A stretch of 64,000 bases of DNA from Candidatus Competibacteraceae bacterium (GTDB lineage: Bacteria > Bacteroidota > Bacteroidia > CAIKAF01): the NCBI GenBank assembly GCA_014879445.1, contig JACSSC010000026.1, forward strand, positions 2,033 through 66,032. The letters are read 5' to 3'. This document shows, in pieces, positions 56,892-64,000 of this stretch. The notes beneath the pieces were generated by a model. The model ran no database searches. It had not been told where the DNA came from and saw nothing but the letters and a program-made list of their open reading frames with translations. The first letter of the stretch is position 1, and every line of letters starts with the position of its first letter. The position numbers were made by a program, and so were the translations under genes.

Positions 56892-58961
56892 TTATGGGCA
56901 TTTAATAAATCTCTTAGATATTCCTTCCCCATTGATATCCAGTATTTGAATAAGATAAATCCCGGTTTCTAAATGACCGGTTTCTATAATAAAATCTGTG
57001 CCAGAAAATTTTTTAGAAAAAATCAATTTGCCTGATGTGTTATAAATGAAAACTTCCCCGTTAAATGATTCAGGTAATTGAGATATGTTAAGAATATGAC
57101 TTGTGGGATTGGGATAAATAGAAATTTGATAAGCAGAAATTTCCTCTATAACCAATGTTACCAATGATGAGTCAAAATAAAACTCTGAAGTATTTCCCAA
57201 CAAATCCGTAGCAGTAGCCGTAACCTTATCTGTGGGCAAAAGGCCTGCACAATCGAAAGACCAGTTGCCAAATGCATCTACTGATGTGAATCCGAGAAAT
57301 TCCTTCCCCTGTGCATTTTCAGATTTAAAAATCTCAACTTTAATACCCGCCGGGCCGCCACTCAGCGCAAAATCCATAATTCCTGAAATGGTTGTAACGC
57401 CCGAAATCGTATTATAAGAAACATTTTGTATTTCAGGGTAATTGAGCAAATCGTTGGGGCCTGTGTCAAAATCACCCGTATCGTTTAATGTTACACCGGC
57501 AGGGTACAAGTCAATTCCTATACCACCATTCCCGAAAATCGAATTTTCAGTAAATGAGTTATAGCGCTCCGCAGCCGTCATAACAGTAATTCCACTCCCG
57601 CCATTAAATGCAATAATGTTGCCCTCTCCAGGCCTTCCTACTAAGTTGTATCGAGGGCCTTCTCCCAAACGAACACCGTCAAAGCCATTGCCAATAGGGA
57701 AAACCCCGCTAATGTCTGTGCCAATTTTATTGCGCACCATCACATTATTATCAGTGCCCAAAAGATGCAACACTATACCATTTTGCAGATTGCCCGAAAT
57801 AACATTGCCATCAATAAAATGATTAAAGCTGGGCCCGTCAACTACTATGCCGTTGGCATTGGGCAGGGCTGTTGTTCCTGCAGCATTGGTGCCAATAAGA
57901 TTGCCTATAACACTGTCGCGCTGTGTGCCGGGATTGTAAAGAAAAACACCATAACCGGAATTGCCGGAAAGCAGGTTGCCTGCTCCCGACTGGTAACCCC
58001 CTAGCATATTATTGCTTGCCCCATCGTCAAACAGCACGCCGTATGTATTAGGAATAGAAATATTGCCTGTAATATCAGTTCCTACATAATTACCAATGAT
58101 TAAATTGTAATCACAACCTGCGCCAAAAACCGGTATCCCATATGCTATATTCCCGGAAACATAATTGCGATCTGCAACGGAATATCCGCCAACCGTATTA
58201 TACTTTGATGTGCCCTCTATGCTTATACCATCGTAGTTGCGTACAGCCGCATCACCCGTTCGATTTATACCTACATAATTACCCTTGATGATGTTATTGT
58301 TCGAATTTGCTATGCGAATGCCAACATGGTTATTGCCGGAAACAATGTTGCGATCAGATAATGTACTGCCTCCAATTGTGTTGCTGTGTGCAACCATGAT
58401 TTCAATGCCGTTGATGTTGCTTAACGTGTCAGTAGCATTATAATTACAACCTATATAATTACCTACTATGAAATTGTTGAAACAGCTACTGCCTGTAACT
58501 GAAATGCCAATCGTAAATCTGCCAATGATAAATCCCCTCACTGTAACATTGTTTACATTATAAAGATGAAAAGCAAAATCAGAACCGGGTTGATAATTCC
58601 CATCAAGCATGATTTCCGGTCCGTATGGATTGGTATCTCCTTGATTAGCCGATTGGGTTGTGCCATCTATAACCAAGTTGCTCCGCATAATAATGGGTAA
58701 CGTGGATGATGGTGTTATTTTCCAAACGCCCTGTGAGGTAATATAATTGGCATCACTTGTCGGAATATTAAACACAATGATATGGCTACCAGGCGTTATG
58801 TTAGCGTCAGTTATTGCCTTGCGTAATGAGCCACTTCCACTATCGTTCGTATTCGTTACGGTATAGGTTGCTGCTTTTGCAACTAAAGAAAATAAACTAA
58901 ATATGGTAAACCATAAAATTAATTTTGATAGATTCATTGCTTTGTTTGATACCGAATTCAT
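56892..58961 (-). CDS. Secreted choice-of-anchor-Q-like / right-handed parallel beta-helix repeat protein with T9SS C-terminal domain (689 aa)
   Basis: N-terminal ATYTVTNTNDSGSGSLRKAI motif after the signal peptide, many GNxIGxN beta-helix repeats, a DTGDFDTGPNDLLNYPEI segment, and a C-terminal Por_Secre_tail (ISIYPNPTSHILNI...GIYLIQILD...). Confidence 0.8.
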   Translation of the reverse strand: MNSVSNKAMNLSKLILWFTIFSLFSLVAKAATYTVTNTNDSGSGSLRKAITDANITPGSHIIVFNIPTSDANYITSQGVWKITPSSTLPIIMRSNLVIDGTTQSANQGDTNPYGPEIMLDGNYQPGSDFAFHLYNVNNVTVRGFIIGRFTIGISVTGSSCFNNFIVGNYIGCNYNATDTLSNINGIEIMVAHSNTIGGSTLSDRNIVSGNNHVGIRIANSNNNIIKGNYVGINRTGDAAVRNYDGISIEGTSKYNTVGGYSVADRNYVSGNIAYGIPVFGAGCDYNLIIGNYVGTDITGNISIPNTYGVLFDDGASNNMLGGYQSGAGNLLSGNSGYGVFLYNPGTQRDSVIGNLIGTNAAGTTALPNANGIVVDGPSFNHFIDGNVISGNLQNGIVLHLLGTDNNVMVRNKIGTDISGVFPIGNGFDGVRLGEGPRYNLVGRPGEGNIIAFNGGSGITVMTAAERYNSFTENSIFGNGGIGIDLYPAGVTLNDTGDFDTGPNDLLNYPEIQNVSYNTISGVTTISGIMDFALSGGPAGIKVEIFKSENAQGKEFLGFTSVDAFGNWSFDCAGLLPTDKVTATATDLLGNTSEFYFDSSLVTLVIEEISAYQISIYPNPTSHILNISQLPESFNGEVFIYNTSGKLIFSKKFSGTDFIIETGHLETGIYLIQILDINGEGISKRFIKCP

Positions 58962-58970
58962 TGCTAATTT

Positions 58971-59068
58971 TTTCTGCTTTACTAAGGTAATAAGGTACGT
59001 TTCGTGTTTTATTTCTACTTTACTAAGGTAATAAGGTACGTTTCGTGTTTTATTTCTACTTTACTAAG
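58971..59068. repeat. Tandem direct repeat, 41-bp unit x ~2.3 copies, in the intergenic region between the two beta-helix paralogs
   Basis: Unit ctttactaaggtaataaggtacgtttcgtgttttatttcta at 58977..59017 and 59018..59058 (identical), with a partial third copy at 59059..59068. It begins about 10-16 nt upstream of the start codon of the 56892..58961 gene. Confidence 0.85.
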
Positions 59069-59259
59069 ATATGTTGCTGTGTTTATTCGTACGCTTTGCT
59101 TCTTGATTTTATCTGATTTTAATTCCCTACTGCTCTATATAAATCATTGTTGCCGATTTATCCGTCATTTCAAACCTTATTACCTTCGTAAACGCAATAC
59201 TTCAATTTCTTTCTTTTCCTTATTAGCTTATTTCATCTCTCCTACACCTCAAAATCAAT

Positions 59260-62200
59260 TTATCTCATCATTACAATTTTCTTTCTGGCAATCAACCCTT
59301 CTTGGTCTGATAATGTAATCATGTAAAACCCAACAGCTAGCTGCGATAGGTTGTATAGCAGGACATGATCTCCAGAAGAGAAAATTTTGTTCTCCAATTG
59401 TGTGATCAGTTTTCCATCAAGCGAAAATATTTGTATGCAAATTTGTTTTTCTTGGTCAATAGAGAACTCCATTTTAATTTGATCGGATGCGGGATTGGGA
59501 TAAACTTTGAAAACATCATTAAGAAATTTTTCTTCAACCGAAATAACCATCCCAAAATTGGCAGCAAACTCCGAGGTATTGCCCATGATGTCGGTTGCAG
59601 TGGCAGTAATTTCATCGCCGGCATTTGCACCTGTACCCATGAAAGTCCATTCGCCCGAACTTCCTGAAAAAGTATGCCCGAGATATGTTATTGCGCCACC
59701 ATGATTAAACATGTTTGCAGCATCAGATTTAAAAAGCTCAATACGGATGCCGGCAGGCCCACCATATGAGTTACAATCTATGACACCGGTAATGAAGATA
59801 CCATTATTTGCAGTATCGTTTGTGGCGCTCATTATTACAGGATAATTCATGCCCTCATTGGGTCCGCCATCTGCATCTCCTCCATCATTGGCATTCACCC
59901 CAAAAGGTTCAAGGTCAATATCCATGATACCGTTGGCAAAAATGCGGTTGGCCGAAATGGTATTAAACAATGTTCCGTTGCCGGCCACCACAACACCCGC
60001 TGTATCGTTATATGCTATGATGTTTCCTTTGTCGGGCATACCGATTTGGTTGTGAGTAGCGTTAAGCGTTATAACCACACCGGCTCGGCGATTAGGCAAT
60101 GGCGTGATACTATCGGCTGCAACGCCTATCATATTGCTAAAAACTTGATTGCTATCACTGCTTTCGTAAATGATAATACCTATTTCGAGATTGCCACTAA
60201 TAAGGTTTTTCTCCACAAGATTGCTGCTTGGATTAGAAGCAAAGCCAATCCCATGTTTATTAGGGATAGCTGTAGTTCCGTTCACATCAGTGCCTATGTA
60301 ATTACCAATAATCTGATTGAAAGAAGTTCCTACATCAGCCAATTCAATTCCTGCAAAAACATTCCCTGAAATGATGTTTCTGTCGGTAGGGGTTGTGCCT
60401 CCAATGGTATTGTATTTGGTTCCCCCACCAAAAATAAAACCGATTTGATTGGGTACAGCGGCAGTACCAGAGGCATTAGTACCAATCCTGTTACCTTTCA
60501 GTTCGTTGTAATTGGAGCCGGTAGTAACGATAAACATCCCATAGGCCATGTTTCCTGAAAGCACATTATTAATAAAAGGATTATGATGAGAGCCCCCATC
60601 CACACAAATGCCCGTGGCGTTGGGCAGAGGGTTGTTGCCCGTAACGTCCACGCCGATATAATTGCCAATCGTATAATTATAAGATGAATTGCCGTAAATA
60701 TCATGACCATAAATGCGATTGCCGGAAATGATGTTACGCTCGCCAGCGGTATAGCCGCCCGCTATGTTGTGCTTTGACCCAGTATTAAACATCAGTCCGT
60801 TGGCCTGAATAAGCGTATCGTTGGCATATTTGAAAGCATTCATGCCGGTAATATCAGGGCCTATATAATTTCCGATGACAATATTACTGTCAGATGCTTC
60901 CACTATTAAACCCATTTCTATGTTTCCGGAAATAATGTTGCGCTCACCTGCTGTTGTTCCGCCAACCGTATTTTTGTTTGCGTTGCTTTTGATATAAATG
61001 CCTGTATGATTACTTAGCGATACTGTGCCTGAAGCATTTGTTCCTATCAGGTTTCCTTTGATGGTGTTCATTCGCGTGCCTGAGTATGTCAGCACCATGC
61101 CGGCCAAAGTATTTCCCGAAATCACGTTCCCCTCGCCTGCAGCACCACCGCCAATAGCGTTTTGCGAACCCCCACTAATTAGGATGCCATTTGCATTAGG
61201 TATGCTATCGCTGCCGGTAATGTTGGTGCCGATATAATTCCCTTTGATGCTGTTGTTTTTAACATCTGCCCCCAGCATGGCAATGCCTGCATCAATGTTT
61301 CCTGATATGATATTGCGCTCACCTGCTGTGGTACCACCGATGGTGTTGCCAGGGCTTTCGTTGATGGCTATGCCATAATAGTTTGAAATCGTATCGCTGC
61401 GCAACAAGCCATTGGCATTGATGCCAATATAATTTCCTTTGATACTGTTACCTGTAGAAAGATAAGAATTGATAGCGATACCGGCATAGCTATTTCCGCC
61501 AATGATATTGCGAAACGTGGCGCTGTTTCCACCAATGATATTGTTAGCAGATGAATCAATAGCAATACCATAATAATTAGAAATAGCGAACATCGCAGTA
61601 CGGTCGGTGCCAATTTTATTTCCACGTATGATATTATTGTTGGATTTGCGGAGGCCGATACCCGTTGTAATATTGCCTGACAAAATATTATCGCGAATGG
61701 TATTATTGCTTGCATCTAATATGGCGATACCTATATCATTTGCATCGGCCAATGTAGCATTATAGTTCACCCCGATATAGCAATCCGAAACCGTGCAACT
61801 ACCGTTGGGATAAGTAAGAAACTTAGTGATGGTAACAGCATAAAGAAAACCGTTGATGATAAAACCATTCAACGACCCGCCCGATAAAGGAAATGCAAAA
61901 CAATACGTATGACCGGCGGTACTTCTGACACGAATTTCAGGTCCAAATGGGTTGGTATTGCCTTGATTTATTGTTTGAGTAGAGCCGTCAATTGAAACAG
62001 AAATGCTGTTGATGGTAGGCAAAAGTGTAGAAAGAGTAATGGTGAAAACACCTGTTACTGCATCATAGTTGGGATCGCTTGTAGGAATATTAAACACGAT
62101 ATTATCTGCTTGCATGGGATTAACATTCACTTGATTAATGGCTTCGCGTAAAGAGCCGGGGCCACTATCGTTGGTATGCGTTACTGTAAAGGTAGCAGCA

Positions 62201-62271
62201 TTGTTTGTATGATAATATAAAACTGCTGAAACGAAAAATATCGCATGCAAAACGAGCCGTTGGTTTTTCAT
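59260..62271 (-). CDS. Secreted choice-of-anchor-Q-like / beta-helix repeat protein with T9SS C-terminal domain (1003 aa), paralog of 56892..58961
   Basis: N-terminal ATFTVTHTNDSGPGSLREAI motif, a long array of GNxIGxN parallel beta-helix repeats, NDGGDADGGPNEGMNYPVI, and a C-terminal Por_Secre_tail (FKVYPNPASDQIKM...GFYMITLSD...KIVMMR). Confidence 0.8.
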   Translation of the reverse strand: MKNQRLVLHAIFFVSAVLYYHTNNAATFTVTHTNDSGPGSLREAINQVNVNPMQADNIVFNIPTSDPNYDAVTGVFTITLSTLLPTINSISVSIDGSTQTINQGNTNPFGPEIRVRSTAGHTYCFAFPLSGGSLNGFIINGFLYAVTITKFLTYPNGSCTVSDCYIGVNYNATLADANDIGIAILDASNNTIRDNILSGNITTGIGLRKSNNNIIRGNKIGTDRTAMFAISNYYGIAIDSSANNIIGGNSATFRNIIGGNSYAGIAINSYLSTGNSIKGNYIGINANGLLRSDTISNYYGIAINESPGNTIGGTTAGERNIISGNIDAGIAMLGADVKNNSIKGNYIGTNITGSDSIPNANGILISGGSQNAIGGGAAGEGNVISGNTLAGMVLTYSGTRMNTIKGNLIGTNASGTVSLSNHTGIYIKSNANKNTVGGTTAGERNIISGNIEMGLIVEASDSNIVIGNYIGPDITGMNAFKYANDTLIQANGLMFNTGSKHNIAGGYTAGERNIISGNRIYGHDIYGNSSYNYTIGNYIGVDVTGNNPLPNATGICVDGGSHHNPFINNVLSGNMAYGMFIVTTGSNYNELKGNRIGTNASGTAAVPNQIGFIFGGGTKYNTIGGTTPTDRNIISGNVFAGIELADVGTSFNQIIGNYIGTDVNGTTAIPNKHGIGFASNPSSNLVEKNLISGNLEIGIIIYESSDSNQVFSNMIGVAADSITPLPNRRAGVVITLNATHNQIGMPDKGNIIAYNDTAGVVVAGNGTLFNTISANRIFANGIMDIDLEPFGVNANDGGDADGGPNEGMNYPVIMSATNDTANNGIFITGVIDCNSYGGPAGIRIELFKSDAANMFNHGGAITYLGHTFSGSSGEWTFMGTGANAGDEITATATDIMGNTSEFAANFGMVISVEEKFLNDVFKVYPNPASDQIKMEFSIDQEKQICIQIFSLDGKLITQLENKIFSSGDHVLLYNLSQLAVGFYMITLSDQEGLIARKKIVMMR

Positions 62272-62461
62272 ATTTCAATTAAAATAAAAATTTAAATATA
62301 CTCAATTTTTATGTTTCGGAAAAAAAATTTGTTAATGGTGATTTTTATTCTGCTCATTTTAATTATTTGTGTTTTTTGGCTGTTATTAACCAACTATGCC
62401 CGATGATGATGCAGCATTTTATCATGCTGCTGTCTTATCCTGAATGTCTTTTTGCCCATCC

Positions 62462-62508
62462 AAAAAAAAGCCGAAATAATTGAATTATTCCGGCTCCTTG
62501 TTTTTTTT
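62462..62508. terminator. Hairpin flanked by A8 and T8 runs; likely a terminator for the minus-strand gene ending at 62522, and possibly bidirectional
   Basis: 12-bp stem gccgaaataatt / aattattccggc with one mismatch and a 1-nt loop, at 62470..62494. A8 lies at 62462..62469 (reads as T8 on the minus strand) and T8 at 62501..62508. Confidence 0.55.
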
Positions 62509-62521
62509 ACTGAAAGGGGTG

Positions 62522-64000
62522 TTAATCCACTTTAATCATGCGTTTTGTTTCCACAATTTTTCCGTCCACCACCAAGCTATAATTGTATAAGCCGCTGCTG
62601 AGATCGTCGGCATATACTATCATACGGCCATGACCGGTTTCGCGTATATCAGTCATTTGGATAACCTGTCCTAAATTGTTGGTAAAGATGAGTTGGGCGC
62701 GTTGTATCCGTTCGGGCAAATACCAGCTAATGGTGGTTTGTTCTTTGAAAGGGTTGGGCGCATTTTGGTTGAGTACTATCATGTCGTCGTTGCGCAGGGT
62801 AACTTCCATTGTATATTCGTGTTGAATATAAGGCTGGGCGTTGTTGTTGACCGGTGTTTGCATGGGTTGCGCCTGATTACAGCAGTTGGTTATCATCCCT
62901 GTAAGTAGTTGCAATTGTTGTTGCATGGATTGCATGAGTGAATCCTGCTGGACAATTTTTTGCTGCTGCTCCTGAAATGCTTCAATCAGCAGAGGAATGA
63001 TTTCTATATAGTTGACACTTTTTACAGTTGTCGCCGCATGAATTACCTGTCCCAGCGAATCGTACACCGGAGCAACCCGGGTATTTTGTACCAGTTGAGG
63101 AAAAACCTGTTCTACCTGTTGTGCTATCAGCCCATAATGACTACCGGCACTAAGGTTTAGTTGTGGTACAGCAGCGTTGCTGTACTCAAATGAGATGGGT
63201 TGCAGTTGTTGTAATTGCTGAGATACATTATTCAGCGATTGAACATTGGTTTTAATCACTGCATCAGAAGGATTTGTGAAAGTACCGGTTACATGTACAT
63301 CTCCTTGAAACCAACCGGCATAGCTAAAACCGGAGTCAATGGGTGCTTCGGCATAAATACCGTATTGAGTAGCACCGGTAACGGCATTGCTTGTAAATTT
63401 TCCTGCATAGTAAGTACTGGAAGTTGACAAACCACTGGCACTCCCTTCAATACCGGTAGTGGTACTACTACCGTTCGAACCACTAAAAAATCCGCCTCGT
63501 GTATGAAAACCGTTGCTGGCAGTTCCATATACACCGATATTATAACTCATGTTTGCATTTGCACTCGCCTGAAAAAAACCACCATAATTGATATTACTAT
63601 TGGTAGGGTTCCCGGTATTTGCCAGGCCCATCACACCGTAATTTACTACCCCTCCGTCTGATGAAAAGTATCCACCGATATGCTTGTTTTTGTTTTCTGG
63701 CAGATCAACCCCATCCGCCATACCTGCTACACCAATATAATAATAAGGACCCTCTAATATAGGCGAAGCAGAAGAATTTCTCCCTAAAACACCGACTGTA
63801 TGATAGGCAACCGGTTGCCCGGGATTTTCCCATACGCTGAGCCGAGCCGGTAATTGAGCAACAGAGCTGGGATACCCGATGCCCACCGAATTGATGCCTT
63901 GCTGTGTAGGGTGTTGGCCTAAGAAATAAACATTATTGTCCATCATGGGAATTTCGCGGTTGTTGAGCAACTGGGCTGGATTGCCTGCTGCATTGATATC
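62522..64000 (-). CDS. Partial CDS (N-terminus beyond window end): secreted protein with a phage tail-fibre-like Gly-rich region, an intramolecular-chaperone (peptidase S74-like) domain and a T9SS C-terminal domain
   Basis: The frame is open from 64000, and the track's M at 63970 is a TTG. Gly/Ser-rich beta-rich middle region. Segment SDAVIKTNVQSL...ISFEYSNAAVPQLNLSAGSHYGLIAQQVEQVFPQLV resembles the tail-spike/endosialidase chaperone signature. C-terminal Por_Secre_tail (NAPNPFKEQTTISWYLP...GLYNYSLVVDG...KVD). Confidence 0.7.
   Translation of the reverse strand, partial: DINAAGNPAQLLNNREIPMMDNNVYFLGQHPTQQGINSVGIGYPSSVAQLPARLSVWENPGQPVAYHTVGVLGRNSSASPILEGPYYYIGVAGMADGVDLPENKNKHIGGYFSSDGGVVNYGVMGLANTGNPTNSNINYGGFFQASANANMSYNIGVYGTASNGFHTRGGFFSGSNGSSTTTGIEGSASGLSTSSTYYAGKFTSNAVTGATQYGIYAEAPIDSGFSYAGWFQGDVHVTGTFTNPSDAVIKTNVQSLNNVSQQLQQLQPISFEYSNAAVPQLNLSAGSHYGLIAQQVEQVFPQLVQNTRVAPVYDSLGQVIHAATTVKSVNYIEIIPLLIEAFQEQQQKIVQQDSLMQSMQQQLQLLTGMITNCCNQAQPMQTPVNNNAQPYIQHEYTMEVTLRNDDMIVLNQNAPNPFKEQTTISWYLPERIQRAQLIFTNNLGQVIQMTDIRETGHGRMIVYADDLSSGLYNYSLVVDGKIVETKRMIKVD

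Noticed and set aside
58971-59068. Possible CRISPR array (direct repeats)
   Set aside because: Only about 2.3 copies of a 41-bp unit that abut directly, with no spacers. There are no cas genes and no leader. It is a simple tandem duplication, reported as a repeat instead.
59004-59318. Plus-strand 104-aa ORF in the intergenic region between the beta-helix paralogs
   Set aside because: It is F/Y/L-rich and low-complexity, and it spans the tandem repeat and the promoter region. It is most likely non-coding.

Overview
This 64 kb window is a chromosomal segment, almost certainly from a Bacteroidota genome. The evidence is eight proteins ending in T9SS (Por) type-A C-terminal sorting domains, TAnnTTTG-type -7 promoter boxes, a bacillithiol bshA-like gene and a TatT-type TRAP transporter.

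Housekeeping genes make up the backbone and are confidently recognised: PIN-PhoH ATPase, rnr, recX, lysS, trmD, hflX, glyQS, der, pyrR-pyrB, mutL, two rhomboids, lpxH, a TlpA-like oxidoreductase, methylmalonyl-CoA mutase mutA/mutB and a DtxR-family regulator. Between them sit accessory, mostly secreted, loci. The start codons given were checked against the sequence, because the ORF track also treats TTG and GTG as M.

The accessory loci most worth follow-up:
- An ABC-transporter-dependent glycan module: wzm, wzt, and a 1008-aa protein with three GT2 domains and an internal coiled coil (a WbbB/WbdA-WbdD-like ruler architecture).
- Two tandem giant (about 1240 aa) T9SS paralogs containing beta-helix and PKD domains and a GEVED-like motif.
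- A signal-peptide protein built from a degenerate caspase domain followed by an intact His-Cys caspase domain, probably co-transcribed with a BadF-type kinase and a Ppx/GppA phosphatase.
- A cluster of three uncharacterised secreted proteins next to recX: a Cys-rich lipoprotein with Rieske box-2-like spacing, a 737-aa protein, and an extremely K/R-rich protein.
- A run of four T9SS cargo genes at the right edge: an RCC1 propeller, two choice-of-anchor-Q/beta-helix paralogs separated by a 41-bp tandem repeat, and a protein combining a phage tail-fibre intramolecular-chaperone domain (peptidase S74-like) with a T9SS C-terminal domain.

I did not recognise any rRNA, tRNA, CRISPR array, transposase, integrase or defence system. 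Several intergenic signals are reported with low confidence: three rho-independent terminators, an 8-4-8 palindrome upstream of mutAB, and a GC-rich non-coding island.

Everything is inferred by eye from the sequence and translations. No database searches were run, so family assignments rest on recognised motifs only.
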